From Gnetum montanum (taxonomy: Eukaryota; Plantae; Gnetophyta): a stretch of DNA of 64,000 bases. A program made the translations under genes and the position numbers. Below are positions 46,352-61,000 of this stretch, one piece after another. The stretch is taken from assembly GCA_015680685.1 (NCBI GenBank), contig MNCI01000651.1, forward strand, positions 1,479,832 through 1,543,831, in the 5' to 3' direction. How positions within the stretch are numbered: the stretch's first letter is position 1; each line of letters starts with the position of its first letter. The notes beneath the pieces are model-generated. The model was not told the DNA's origin and ran no database searches. It saw only the letters and a program-made list of their open reading frames with translations.

Positions 46352-49147
46352 ATTCCTTTCATGTACTCTTATTTAGGTTTGAACTTGAAAACACTTATAA
46401 CTAATTGGATTTTTTATAATTTATTTTTATTTTTAGTTTGCAAGGTAATTCATATTTTTTTAATCCTTTGAGTTATTTCAACCCAATGCAAGATTCGATA
46501 TTTTATTTATTTTCAAGATTTCTCTCTCTTTCTACCCCAAACCTAGATCTTGTTATGTATAAATACTTGCCTAGGGTAGCCTTCAAAGCTATAGGAGAGG
46601 ACCTAATCTAAGATTTCAGTATGGGAGATTCCATCCTATTGCCTAGTGAGGAGGAGATTCAACTAAATCTATACCAGGAGAAGAGAGATTCACAATCTTA
46701 GGCTTCACTGGGTGATTGTTTGTTAGGGTTTTAATGCATCTTTTAATTTGGTTCATGCAAGCATTGATTATCTATTGTCTTTTCTCTCTATTCTTGCTCC
46801 AATTGGTAGATCTAAACCTATAGGCATGTACATTAAATGTAGAAAAAGGATCATCTCCTGAAGCCAAAATGCTCATCCTGCTCAATGGGGTCCTAAGAGG
46901 GTTGGTAGGTGATTAAAAGCTTGTACATTAAATATAATTTGTCAGATTTGGATGTTATTCCCTTATGTAGCATAAATTAAATAATTTGTTCCAATTGCCT
47001 TTTGATGTGGATCTTATGCTAATATATCTGAATTCTTATGTTTCTAAATAATTAAATCCAAGCTTACCTCTTTACCATTTGAATTAATTATTTGCATTTA
47101 CTGTTTAGGATTTTTGTATTTAGAACAATAAACCTTGACATCTAAACATCCAAACCACAAAGTTTCAAATCAAAGTTCCTCATGCATGGAAACATGCAAA
47201 TAGGATGGTAAAGTTGCTTTTTCCTCTTACCTGTATCATTGTTATGTTGATTCATCACTACATCTTCCTATTCCTACATTAATTTAGACATCATTTCCAA
47301 TCTACCTTAATAGCTTTTTATCATTCAAACACTTCTAGTTAAATGGCAATCTCCTATAGTTCAGATTTAATAACTAGAGCAATGTCTTCAATGAAATCAT
47401 GGGCAACACTAAACTAACTCTCAATGGAAAAGCAAAACCCTCAAAAATCCCTCCACAAAGCCTCAACAAACCCTTTTGAGAGCTTCGGAAAAACCCTCTA
47501 TTAAGCCCAAAAAGAACCTTTCAAAAACCCTTAGGAAATTAGTGTCATTATTATGTTAGGATTCAATATGCAACTAGACCTGTTTTTAATTCCGTACAAG
47601 TACTATGAATCTATCTAAAACATAATAGCAATAGAGAGATTTAAATACAACATTCTACTTAAATTCACATAACCATATAAACACAAGCACAATATGTCAT
47701 TCTTGAGGATGCATTGAATTCAAACTTACATTAATTGAATATGTAGCTCTCATGTGGATTAAAATGGATCAGATATAGTTTTTGGTGGTTTATATCCATA
47801 CCAAGCCCTAGGAACGCAAGAAATATTGCCTTTAGTAGGATGGCCAAGAAATATTGCCTTAGTAGGATGATGATGTTGGTCTTCCTTTAGGGGGCCAATG
47901 CCCGACTGCTTGCCCAATCATGCCCTTGGCAGGACAAAGCCTCCTTTGTCACCCGTTTTAGGAACCGTAACCAAAGGCCGCTTATCTAGATATTTGGTGA
48001 TCCGACGATTAAAAGAGTCGTGTGCTTCCCCGAAATGTCGTGCCATGATGCACCAATTGATTTTTTTTTTTTTTTTTTTGTTGGACGTTTTTTCTTGGAA
48101 TGAGAGTTAACCCATGTCCTAAATTTCAGGAACTACAAGACCTGATAAACTTTGACACACATACCATATTCCTAAATCACACAATTACTCAACATGTTAT
48201 GTATAGGAGACACAATGCCTTTGAAACGACCAGATCCAAGATGGCCAATTTTGAATTTGCAAATAGATGAAACACCTGTATGTACAGTATTATTGACCTG
48301 AAAATCCAACGTGAATCTCAATTCTTAGAAAATGCATTATGATTGAACATTATTGCCTGAGTTGCCATTGGTGCACCTGTGCCCAATAAAATGAGTAATC
48401 GACTTAAGGCTAAATATTTCAATTATAAAAAAAGAAAAAAAAATCTCTACAACCACATTATTGATGCTTTTTCAGTTGGGCAGGACTTGGAAAAGTACAT
48501 GCATGAAATATCACTCCATACAATTTTAGGATGATAAAACTTAGTTATGAAAAGATAACCTTCTTACAAAGTTGCAAACACTTGTGATACTTCATGCACA
48601 TATAAATAAAGTAGATATTTGCCCAAAAGAAAATGGAACTTTAACTTGAAGTTCATCTCTTTTGGCATGAAAATAGAGAATTTCAACAATCAATGATTTG
48701 TTCATTAATAAATATTTTTATAAGAATACTTATAAAGTTTGTAGATGTATCTTTTTGGCATTGCCTGTTCAACATTTTATTATCCCAAAAATTTTGTAAG
48801 TTCATGAGATCGTGCACTACCTTTCACGTAAAAAAATTCATTTCCATTAAACATGCATGTCATTCGACAATTTGCGGCACGTCTCATACACAACGCATTC
48901 TGCAAGACAAATAGCCAAAATGCATTTTGACCATGAAGATGAAACACATCGTAAATATTAACACAACACATAAACCTTGGTGTTCTGTAAATATTATCTC
49001 CTAGCCAAGTGTTCACGCATCTCAGGGTTGCAGGTTCTTATTTACAAAGCATACAGAAACAACCAAAGGAAGGATTCGAAACATATATTACCAGTTTAAA
49101 CTTTGTTGAAGTGTTCTAGCAAACATATTTCTATACAAAGAGTTTGC

Positions 49148-49428
49148 TCACTGGTGCGCTTCATTTCCAGTATTGGTCTTTCTTACTGGCTCTCTGATTT
49201 CTATGAACTCGCCAGACGGAGGGTTGTCAGAAATTGCTCCTTCCCGTCTTCCAGTTTCTATGTCAAATGTTGTATCATTTTGCTGAGAGCGCATCCTTTT
49301 GCTACTCCCCGTGTGTGCTCTTTCGGTTGCAAAATATTGGTGACGGTTTAGTGATTGCTGGCCACGACTTTCAGGCTCAAATGCATGTTCATCAGTTGTC
49401 AGTGCCGAGAATGGATATGGTAGCCATG
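49148..49428 (-). CDS. LPP: Lipid phosphate phosphatase (PAP2 family), terminal coding exon
   Basis: After TTTTGCAG acceptor, phase-compatible with exon 63120-63179: (A)WLPYPFSALTTDEHAF...NDTTFDIETGRREGA...EAHQ-TGA; W-x-P-Y start and DIETGRR match plant LPP C-termini. Confidence 0.78.
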
Positions 49429-49630
49429 CTGCAAAAGGTCAAAAAGAAATTAAAATAGTTAGGTTTCAAAAAGGGCACGATAAATTATTGATATTCAACA
49501 TAAAATAAAATTATTCCCGAGTAAAAACTAAATCAGAGCATTCCAAGTTACTAAACTAGTTTAGCTAGATATTTATGATACATATTCAAGAGCATCTTTT
49601 TCTTTTTCAAATTAATGAAATCCTAGAATT

Positions 49631-49722
49631 GATTAACTGAGAATTGATATTCATGTAAAAAAAAATCAAAACCAGTGATTAACTGAGAATTGATATTCAT
49701 GTAAAAAAAATCAAAACCAGTG
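49631..49722. repeat. ~46-bp perfect-like tandem duplication in the LPP intron
   Basis: GATTAACTGAGAATTGATATTCATGTAAAAAAAA(A)TCAAAACCAGT occurs twice back to back. Confidence 0.9.
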
Positions 49723-51099
49723 CTAAATAATTCTTTCCATGGCAGTTTAGTCTTAAATTTTAGGTGCTAATTAGCTGAACCCTGTGAAAAGTTCATCTTT
49801 TGACATCATGATGATAATTATTTATTTACAGTGACAGTCCAAACTGATGGCCCAAAAGAGCAAAGGCGCATTTATATACTAACAGAATTTACAAATTAAC
49901 GACCTACTGTAATTTGAGATAATTCATTTCTTACGAGCACAGCCCACAATGAAAGTTGCACGTACTAGAAACGTTAATAAAAAGCAATACTGTAATATGC
50001 AAATCACCCACTGTAATATGGAAACAAAGATCTGAGAAGCGCGTCATCCTAACAGGGAAAAAAAGCATTAATGTCACCTACACTAAAAATTCAGCAGACA
50101 AATAACATGATGACAACCCATAGAATTAGACTCCACAAAAACCTATGACAGTGAAAACAGCCAACTCTCCAGTGCCATTACATAAAGCAAACAAGCTGAT
50201 CGCAAGGCAATAAAATGCTTTCTGAACCTTAAAGATCCTATCCCTGGCATTGCACAGAAATGTAATGGTTAAAACCTCAGATGTTTCTGATGCCTTCAAT
50301 TAATGAAATTTTAAATCTGATAGAAATTTGGATATTTACGTCCATCAATGTATAGAAAGTAAATATTTTACCAACAAAGTGGATCTATACTTGGTGCTCA
50401 GCCCTTTGAAATTCAAAGGTGTATATATAATTGATCATTCTCACATTTGATTTAGTGCTATCAACTTCATGTCTATGAAATTATTTGTTAAGAAACCCCT
50501 AAAAATAGGTCCTCCACTTCAAAATTTTCTTATCTGAAAATAAGATCCTTTCACAATTTGACTTGAAGAATCTAACATGGTCAATACTTGAAGAATCTAA
50601 CATGGTCAATGCCTTTGCACCTATAAAAGGTATTGAAAGCACCGAGTTTAACCTTGACTATTGTCTTCTTTCATCACAATCTTTACTATCTTGTGTTTTT
50701 CAAAGTCATCCTAACTCCTACTCTATTGTCACTTCTTGAAACACTTCTTAGCTTGAATCTTTTATTGCACTTGCTTGCTCTGCCACTAGGTTTCCTCTTG
50801 AATATGCCTATTCCCTTTCAAACCCCCAAGGATGTTCTTCCCTATCTTCTCAAATGGATTTTTATTTGACTCCATCTTCGCATTTAGCACATAAAATCTC
50901 CCAAATAGCTTCAATCTTTAATATTATACAAGTAGTCATAGTATAATATTATTATATAAAGGTTAATTGAATCATGTATAGAATGGCTAAAGACATGCAT
51001 TAGATCAATGGAGATGTTGTATTATTACATGAAACAAAACTCTAGAACTTCCTATGGAAATCCTAGAGGAGTTAGATAGAGCAGCAGAGCCAATAGACA

Positions 51100-53812
51100 G
51101 GTGGAATAAAGATGTTGCTTTTCAATGGTGAGATTCCCTCTCCTTATGTTTGTGCAATAGAGATGATTACATTTTGATTATCGAAGGCTGTTGATCAATT
51201 CCATGTTTTCGTGTGTTGTGTGTTGAAAGCTGAAAATGGAAAATTGTGTTTCACTGGTTTGTGCATCTGTGTAAAACCAAGGAAGCAACGTGGGAAGACC
51301 ACTCAAGACATGAACTTTCCCAAGCCTTTCCAGCAATGATGCCCAACTCATGATGGAGATTTAGAATTGAGAGTCAAGTTAAAGATGAAGAAGTTTCTAA
51401 GTTTGTGTTGAGGACATGGAACTGGGAGCAAATTTGGAATCAAATTGCAGCCACAAGACTCATGACCAATGTGATTGGATGATGCCAAGATGCATAACGT
51501 CATCAACCCTTAAAGCAAGATGAATGTCCTAGACATGATGGATGCCCACCCAGAGAGGAAGTTAAGCGTGGCCATCCCAACAAAGGCTTGGGAGAGCCCA
51601 GCCAGAAGTAGCAGAAGCCCAGAATGACTGTCCCACTCTAGGGTGGATGCCCCAACTTGGACATCTTAGCAGAAGCCTAGGAATGCTCAAGCTAAACATC
51701 TTTCATTTTCCTAGACGTCCAAGCCAAGCTGAAGTAGTGTGCAAAGTGAATATCCAAGCCTCGAATGTGACATCCCAAGCAACCATTGTGGAAAAATAAC
51801 AAAAGTATTTCCCTTCTTGTTTCTGCACTCCAATTCTACTGTAAGTTGCCAAGCAGAGTCATGGAAGGTTGGTTTACTTGAGCTTCAACCTCATATTTTT
51901 TCTGTAACACTTCATTCTTGGAAAACCAATTGGAACGGCTACACAATGCTCTCTCAACTCTGCACACTCTTGATGATGTTGGATCAAGGTTTATCTTCTC
52001 TTCCTAGGAGCTCAACCACTACTATACATCTTCTCCCAAGGTTTGAAATGCATGTACTTTATTGATCTCCTTCCTCACATAAACATTTCTTTGTTTCTAG
52101 GGCTCATTGTTCATTTGTGCCCTAGCATCTGTGCCTATTGTGTAGATCAAGTTTTTGTAGATCATTCTCTACACACTTTACCTATTACTTGCTTGACCTA
52201 TTACTTGCTTGGTCTAAGGAGCTTTGGGTCTTCTCTAAGGGGAAAATTTCAACTTAAACATTGATATCCTGAAGGGTTTGTACCTTGGTGAATTCCAAGG
52301 GATTGCCATAGGTTCGTTGTTTTGTCCTAAGGGGTTTCAATGTGTGTGAGAGCACCATTGATTTCAGCCTTGAGTAGTTATTGAGAGTCCTAAAGGATAC
52401 TAAGCTCCATATGGTCTCAAACAAGCTCCACAAGCTTGGTATAAAAGATTATCGAAATTTCATATCCATAACAAATTTGTAAGGGGCACAACTGATCCTA
52501 CATTTTTTATTAAACATTTTAAGGATGATATTTTTGGTGGTTTAAATTTATGTTGTGGTTCAAATGGAGACAAACTAGTGGTGGCCTATGCAACAAAAGT
52601 ATACCAAATAAACTAAAGGAGAAATTTTAGAGGATAACAATCCAGCTTACTCTCTTATATGGTGTTCAATGTTGGGCAGTATAAAAAAAGCATAAAAAAC
52701 AATCAATGTGCCAAAAACGTGAATCTTCAATCAATGTTAAATGTTACAAAAAGCAATAACCTGCACAATACAGACATTAGAGGAAGGCTTGGAGTTGCTT
52801 CTATTTCAAATCAGCTATAGGAATGATAGCTTAGATAGTTTAAATAGGTTGTAGTTTAAATAGGTTGCTACATCATTGTTCCAGGAAAGCCACCGAAAAG
52901 AAGATCAAAAAAGACATAGGAAAAAATAATCAAAGATGATCAAAAGAAATTGTCAATAAACAAGGAACTAGCTCTTCATAGAGATAAAAACTCATGTAGC
53001 CAATCCCATTTTGTTGGAACAAGGCTAGGATGATAATGACAATGATATAATTTTTAAAGCTCCTCATCAAAATGTATGCAAGAAATTTGCTAAGTTGATG
53101 CATAATGAATTGAAGATGAGCATGATGAGAGACATCAACTTCTTTCAATTGCAAGTGAAACAAAGGAAGGAAAAAATTGCCATATCTCAAACAAAATATA
53201 TCAAAACATCTTCTTGTGAAATATGGAGTTGAAAATGCAAAGATCAAAGTAACATCCATGGCTCCCCATACAAAGCTAGATACAAATCCCCAAGGTAGAA
53301 CTGTAAATGAGAAGTTGTATCAAGGTAGGATAAATGGTCTTTTATATTTAACTACTAGTAAACTAGATATTATCTTAAGTAATCTTAACCGTGTGGGATA
53401 TTGTAATGCAGACCATGCAAACAATCAACAAGCAAATATAGCTACTTTCTTGGACACTGCATTGTTGCTTGGAGTAGCAAAAAACAAAGCACTATTGCCT
53501 TATCCACTACAGAAACATAGTATGTTGCAGCTGCCAATTGTTGTGCACAGCTATTGTGGATGAAACAAACTTTGAAAGGTTTCAGAGTTAAAGTTGGGAC
53601 CATTCCTATCTACCGTGATAGCAAAAGTACAATAAACATAACTAAAAATCCAGTTCAGGATTCAAAGACAAAGCACATGAAGCTTTGACATTACTTCATC
53701 TGAGAGCATGTTGTAAACAAGAACATCCAGGGTGGACATTAGGTGGAATGTCCCAGTAGAAGCTTAGCAATGCTTAGGCTGGACATCCTACATTTTCCTA
53801 GATGTCCAAGCA
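51100..53812 (+). mobile_element. Rearranged Ty1/copia remnant (possibly SIRE-like): LTR-like segment plus RT/RNase H fragments
   Basis: YGLKQAPQAWYKRLSKF (~52410), DDIIF, LLYLTTSKLDI, TKNPVQDSKTKH (~53640); GGACATC/GATGTCC-rich motif block repeated at ~51640-51725 and ~53725-53811. Confidence 0.7.
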
Positions 53813-53813
53813 G

Positions 53814-55295
53814 CAGTGTTTAAGTTGTTGTAGTCAAGTCGTAGTCGGCATCCTCATAAAGGCGTCGGAGTCAGCTAGTCGGCAAATAATCGGTCAAATA
53901 GTCGGTCAAAGAGTCAGATTTAAATAATTTAAAATAATTATAAATATAGTTAAATATACAAAAATTCATGACCAAGTAGTTGATTAAAATAGGTTGGGTT
54001 AAATAGTTGGTAACTATGTAACAAGTATCATGGCCAACAAAACCTTAAAGTGGCACATACACAAACTCTGCAAAACCTCCAAATAGGTAAATTTGATTGA
54101 GTAAATGCATATTAAATAATTTATTGAAAAATTTCAATAAATTGGTAGTTAACTGCTCTACAACAAAATGAGATTCATTAAGGATGGATGTTTAATTATT
54201 GTGCAAAAACTATTTAACTAAATCACAAGTTAAGAAAAGCTCTAAAAACAAATTGAACTATTTCAAACCAATATATGGTAATGTATAAGAAACAATTTTA
54301 TATCTTCTCATACATATTTTTAGTTCTAAAACATTGTTACTTTTTGCAAGAAAAAAGAACATAGAAACAGATACTCCTATTTAAAAAAGAACTGAAAATA
54401 TGAAATTCATACAACATTGTATTTTGGATTGCTAAAACTAGCATATGTTCTATGCTTTTTTTTGTTTTTTTTTTTTTTTTTACTTTGATAAACAGTATCA
54501 TTAGGATTTTTTAATCCTTGCTCATCATGTGATTCTAAATGAATATCAAAAGGATCTCTAACTTGCTCTTGCACATGTGAAGTAGATGCATCCACCTCAT
54601 TCAAATCTTGACATTCATTTTCATGATGAATTGCCTAAGATGACATTGATCTCACTACAGGTAATGCATTTACAAGAGCTTGACATCGAGTAAACATTGT
54701 AGAAAGAGGCATGTCATCAAGGAATTCATCTAGATCATTTGAAGGATCAACTGCAACTCCATCATTATCAGTAACAAGTTCATCACCAACCCATTCTATA
54801 GCAGGCAAAGAGGGATGAATATCATCTATATCCAAGTCATCCTGATTAAATGTTCCTAGCTCTTTCAAAGAAACTTTTAAGTTGTAATGTACATAGACTA
54901 AATCATTTAGCCGTTGAGATGTCAACCTGCCACGCTTTTCTGAACAAGGCATACAATGTTAAGAATCCTCTGGTTATTTACAATAATGGGCTCAAACCCT
55001 CTCAAATTTTTTAGTTAAGAATACATATGCATTTTTGTAGATAAGAATTCTTGTTTATTAGAAATTTCCTAATCAGCTCATTAGTCCAAGAGCTTGACAT
55101 CGAGTAAACATTGTAGAAAGAGGCATGTCATCAAGGAATTCATCTAGATCATTTGAAGGATCAACTGCAACTCCATCATTATCAGTAACAAGTTCATCAC
55201 CAACCCATTCTATAGTAGGCAAAGAAGGATGAATATCATCTATATCCAAGTCATCCTGATTAACTGTTCCTAGCTCTTTCAAAGAAGCTTTCAAA
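53814..55295 (-). mobile_element. hAT DNA transposon 3' fragment (terminal sequence + transposase dimerisation domain)
   Basis: Terminus CAGTGTTTTAA with subterminal TAGTCGG repeats (53814-53920); EKRGRLTSQRLNDLVYVHYNLK at 54635-54952 is the hAT C-terminal dimerisation motif. Confidence 0.85.
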
Positions 55296-55309
55296 GATTA
55301 ACTGTAAAG

Positions 55310-57250
55310 ACGTGAGAGCCATTTTCAGAAAATCATGAAGGGGATTCACCCAAAATTTGTGGTCCTCTATATCAATCTTCAAGCCACACAGGCCTACTCC
55401 ATTTTGAATAGGCTGCTTTGGGGGTTTCCCTCCCCCAGCAGAGGGCTACATCAAGGTGACCCCCTTTCTTCCTATTTATTTATCAATGTTATGGATACTA
55501 TGAAGCTTTATTGAAGGGTGAAGAGGGTCTGAGGGTTAAATATTGAGGGGGTTTATCTGCATCACTGAACATTATGTTGATGACATGATTCTTATGACCC
55601 AAGCAGCCATGCTCAAGCCCTAGCTATCAACAAGGCTCTGGCCAGGATGACAAAAGAAATCAGCCTGGAGCCTAATCAAGGAAAATCTGCAATACACTTC
55701 TTCCACACAAAGGGACCAGTTAAAAGGCAAGTCAGTTAAAAGCTTGGGATTTTGCAAGGTATGATGTAGGACTCATATATGGAAGTCCCCATGTTTGCCT
55801 GGGATTGGCAACCTAGACTTGTTTGATTCAAAGGCTCCAATCTCGAGTTGGTCACTAGACCGCACATTTTCTGACAAGAAAAGGGAAAATCATTTTGGCC
55901 ATGTCCGTCCTTTTGGCCATTGCTAAATATGTTACCTTCATTGCTACCCCGCCAAAGGGCATCATCAACATGGTCAACCAATTATACAAACCTTCATACA
56001 AGCTAGAGGAAAAGGGCGGAACACTTGCACCTAGTCTACTAGGAAAAGGTGGCCATGCCTAAGCATGCTGAGGATTTGGAAGTTCAAATGTTTGAAGATG
56101 TCATTCTAATGCAGTATCAAGGAATTATAAACAGGTTCATACAAGATGACAAGTGCCAACTGCAGTGGGTGTGCATCCTTGCTAACAAGTACCAACCTTG
56201 GACAATGGCCTCCAGGGACTCGTACATGTGGCAAAACCTCTACAATTACACCCACAAGATAACCCAATGGGAGATGATGGGGACCCAACCACACAAACTC
56301 ATCAAATTTAAATATCCAACGGAACACGGTTGGAGGAACATTTGGAAGGGGTAGCTCCTAGAGAAAATCAAATGCTTCTACTGGCTTTTGCTATAGGGTG
56401 TGCTGCTCATTCATGCCTACTTAAAGGCACAAGGAGTAATAAGTATTGACAACTGCCCCCTTTGCAGTGTTGACATTGAAACAATACAACACGTATTCTT
56501 GTTATGCCTCTCCTCTTTGGACATCTGGCACACTACCACCATTCCTCCATCTCTATAGGTGCATGGCGATTTGCCTACCACAATTGTTCTTTGGTGCATT
56601 TGGAAAGCTAGGAACAAAAGAATTTTCTGCCCAAGGCAGCTCCATCCCCTGGTGCAAACGACGCTCTCAGCTACACAGCTGTGGAAGGAGGCTACCGCAA
56701 CAATGGGGGTGACACCAACCTACAAGCTTGACATGGACAAATTTTGAAATAATCGGCAATGATGGGATATGGTCGTGCAAGTGAGGTGGGGTGATCTGCC
56801 ATTGTTGTTAGTGGGGGATCCTAACCTCGCAGATGCTAATTTCTACAAGCAGTGGAGGGGATTTTAACCATGTTTCATGGGGTACACATAAACCTCACAA
56901 GATCTACTTTGGTAGGGTCCTTAGGGGTGCATGCACCCAAGGAGGTGGCATTGTCGATTGGCAAAGGGTTGCAAGATGAGGAGGGCTTCTTCCAAAGGCT
57001 AATGCCAAAGATTGGAAATGGCCATGTCTTGAATTTAGCGCTCCTACCACTCTGGCAGGAGACCATGAAGCTCATTGACAGATATTTCATTCAATTTGGG
57101 AATGTCTAGAAGCTACAAGGGGCTTATGCTGCATGTGCTTGGGCCAAAAGGTCAACATCACTAAGTTCTTTTTGGCTTCCCTCCAGTAGGAGTGACAAGG
57201 GAGACACTTTGGGCTTATCTTGGCTCTCTAGAGGGTAGCACAGCTACTTG
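55310..57250 (+). mobile_element. Degenerate LINE (L1-like) ORF2 fragment: RT and zf-RVT
   Basis: RGLHQGDPLSSYLFI (~55440), HYVDDM (~55570), W..IWKG*LLEKIKCFYWLLL...NCPLCSVDIETIQHVFLLC, LWCIWKARNKRIF. Confidence 0.85.
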
Positions 57251-58000
57251 ATCCAGCACCTATCAAACCCTTGCCTTTCACAGCTATTTGCGAGTGGCAT
57301 CGGCCCATCATCAAGGGGGCCTCTTCCTCCCCTGCCACTACATTGTGAAATGACATAGTGAAGGTGAGGAAGGGGTTGGGCTCGGCTGCTAACCAACCAC
57401 CACACTTGTAGGAGTAGATCCTACAAGCTTAGAAAGTCATGCACTAGGAGCTGCAAGCCAAATTCTAGGAGGACCTCGCAAAGGCGATGGTTGAAGTGGA
57501 AGCAAGGGTGCACATAGAGAAGCAGGCTAAGTGGGAGGTGGAGCTACTCAAACGGGACCAACAGGACCAAGCAAGGGCAATGGAAAAAAGTCAACACCGT
57601 AAAGAAGCAACTGAGGAGTATAGGAGGTAGAGAGGCCTAAAAGAGGCCACGATTAGGAATGAGCTGGAAGACCAACTGTGCACGTAGATAGAGGAGGATT
57701 TGCTCAGGGATGAGTGGGAAAGGAAGCTACATGACGACGAGGACGAGGATTAGCAAATGAGGGGTAGCCAGGACACTACAAACGAGTCAAATACATGTCG
57801 CTGGCTCAAGAATGGTAGATGCCCATACGTTGTGCTCGGTATCAACTAAAATGCTACATCCAGATCACCACCACCAAGCTTCACCCTAATAGGGCCAAAA
57901 CTCTACCATCCAAAGACAAATAGCAGAGTGAAGACAAGTACAAGGAATTCCAAGAGGCAACCACTTTTATGACAACTAAACACCACATGGCTATCCCAAA

Positions 58001-61000
58001 TGTTGTAAAGTGATGTTTATGTGGAGATGTGTTTTATCCCACATGAGTTAGGATTGGGGTTTGGCCCTAATGTTTCCTTATAAATATATGTGTGTGGTTT
58101 TGATGTAGGAGTATCGTATTGAGGTTTTAACTTAGAGACGTGAGTCTTGTAGATGTTGATCTGAGAGCTGTTGGAGTAATACATTGGGTACTTGGGAAAG
58201 CTATAAGGATGGCTTGTGTCCTTAAGATTTGAGCAAAATATAATGTAGATCAGCATTTTCGTGGAGTGGAACTCTCACTTTTGATCATAACAATTGGTAT
58301 TAGAGCTAGATCTAAAGACATGGAGAGGTTGCAAACAACAAAAAGATTGGTAGGAAGGAATTAGGACGTCTGGAGCATTTTGATGAAGGCTATTTTAGCA
58401 CAAAAGAAATACTAGGAGGCCCTAGAACCCTCTCAACCAGTAGGAATGTCAAATGTTGATTAGAAAAATATTACAACTAGAGCATTATCTTTCATTTATC
58501 CAACCCTAAGCAATGGGATCTTGGCGTCAATTAAACTTGATATGGATCCGCATAATCTATGGAAAATGTTGAAGAATAGGTTTGATAAAGCATCAGGTTT
58601 GAATACCTTTCACATTTATCAAACAATTTTTAAATGCAAGAAGAGATATGATGTGTCTTTCCAAGATCATTTGGATAAGATGATGGGAAATCTAAATAAG
58701 TTGGAAGAATATAAAATTGTTATTCCAAATTTAGTTAAATCCTATGCTCTGTTAGACTTCTTACCTGATTCCCAGTCTACAGTTGTGACATCTATTACTA
58801 CTTCTATGAGTGCTTCATCTATGACATTTGAACAGGTCATGTCTACCCTTCAAGATTCAGAAGGAAGAATAGATGAGTCTTCTGGACCTGGAAATGTTCA
58901 TGTAGCAAAGGAATGAGGGAGAAGTAGGAGACATATCCCAAGTAGGGAGAGAAGCAAGAGCAGAGGTGTATCATGTGGCAAAACTCAAACTCAATAGTGT
59001 TGGTTTTGTAAAAAGAAAGATCATTTGAAGAAGGACTACTTTGCATGGTCAGCACAAAAAAATAAAGAAAAGAAGAAGAAGTTGGAAGAAGGAACATTAG
59101 AGGTAATTGCAGCTAAAGAAAACATTAGTTTCTTGATTCAAGAACTATGTACAATGGTGGCAGATGGACGTAGCATTGACATCCGGTTGATTAACTGAGG
59201 TGCCTCCTTTCATATTTGTCCAAATATGTCTTATTTTGCCTCTTATCATGACATTGAATCTAGTCTTGTATGTGCTACTAATGGAAAAGCTTTAAAAGTT
59301 ATTGGAATTGAAAGTATAATTCTGCAACAAGCAAAGATGTCAAAGGTGACAATAGATAACATTAGGTATGTTTCTAAAGTCACAAAGAAGTTGATTTTAG
59401 TTCCACAGCTAGATGATTTAGGTCTAAATTTCAATAGAGGAGGTGGACATTGGAGGATTTCCAAGGGAATCATGACCATTCTAAAAGGAAAGGAGGACAG
59501 CTTATATACGTTGATAGCAGATTCATGTAACTCTATTGTAGCAGTTTCTGATGCAGAAAATTCTGAAGTGTGGCATAGATGTCTTGGACACATTGGTTGG
59601 TCAGGCTTAAAGGTACTTCAAAATCAATCTCTCATTCCTGTATTTTCTTATGCCCAAACTAATTGCAAAGACTATCTAGTTGGAAAATCTAGGAGAGTAA
59701 ATTTTCATAGGGATTTGGACAGCAAAAAGAAAAATAAGTTAGAATTGGTTTATTTTGATGTTTGTGGTCCTATGACTCCTATTTTTCTTTTTGGATCTAT
59801 TTATTTTGTGACTTTCATAGATGATTGTACAAGAAATGTTTGGGTTTATATGCTGAAATCAAAAAATGAAATGTTTTCAATTTTCAAAACATTTGCTGCA
59901 AGAGTAGAAAATGAAACAGGGCTGAAAATAAATTGCCTACAAATTGATAATGGTAGGGAGTACACTTCCAAAGTATTTGCTGATTTCTACAATAGCAAAG
60001 GAATTAGACACATTTGTACACCTCCTAGTACACCACAAGAAAATGGAGTTGTTGAAAAATGCAACAAAACATTGCTAGATCATGCCAAAACAATGGTTTC
60101 AAGTGCTGGCCTACCTAAGACGTTTTGGGAAGAGGCAATTAAGACTACTGCATATTTGGTGAACAAGTCTCCACATTCTTCAATTGATAATGCTATTTCA
60201 AAAGTTGTTTGGAGGGGTAAAGACATTTCCTATAGTCATTTAAAAAATTTTGGATGCAAGGCATTTATGCATATTCCAAAGGAGAACAGAACTAAGCTGT
60301 AGGACAAGGCTAATCGTTGCATATTTGTTGGATATGGAGAAGATGAGTTAGGATTCAGACTTTGGGATCCTGAATTGAAACATGTAGTGAAATCAAGGGA
60401 TGTTAAATTCAGAGAAAATATCATGTTTAGTGAGCTGCAAAAGAAAGACAAGGACAACAATGACTCAGACAACATGAGGACTCCTTTTAGGGTGACTAAA
60501 GAAGTTGAAAATGATGAAATTCATGGATTTTCCAAATCTAGAAACATTGGACAGCATGCTGGAATTGGAGGGCAGCAAGCTAAGAACTCAAGATAGCAAG
60601 GACATGAGGTAGAAGATGATGGACAACAAGCTGCAAATGTGTCTCATTGGGTTAAAAGGTCAACAAGAGCTGCCAGACCTCCTGATAGGTACCCTCCCTC
60701 GTTGAATTATGAAATTTACAATGATAATGGTGAACCAGAAACAGTGGAGGAAGTCATGACATGTGCTAACCCCACAAAGTGGAAGGCAACTATGCATGAT
60801 GAATGGGAATCACTCCAACAAAACAAAACATGGGAGCTGGTTCAATTGTCAAAAGGGAGAAAACCCTTGGAGTGTAGATGGCTATACAGAATTAAAACAA
60901 AGGCCAATGGGGAAAAACGTTTCAAGGCTCAGTTGGTGGTGAAAGGCTATGCACATAAACTAGGTATAGACTTTCAAGAAATTTTTTCTTCAGTGGTGAA

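Noticed and set aside
46380-47560. LTR-like segment with TATAAATA (~46558)
   Set aside because: No termini, partner LTR or TSD could be defined.
47880-48110. GC-richer stretch followed by poly(T), possible SINE or ncRNA
   Set aside because: No A/B boxes, TSD or tRNA fold recognised.
50564-50610. Short tandem duplications (also 47817-47869, 62601-62660)
   Set aside because: Ordinary slippage/repair duplications with no further structure.
57330-57900. Glu/Arg-rich coiled-coil-like reading frame after the LINE
   Set aside because: Interrupted by stops, no identifiable domain; likely TE debris.
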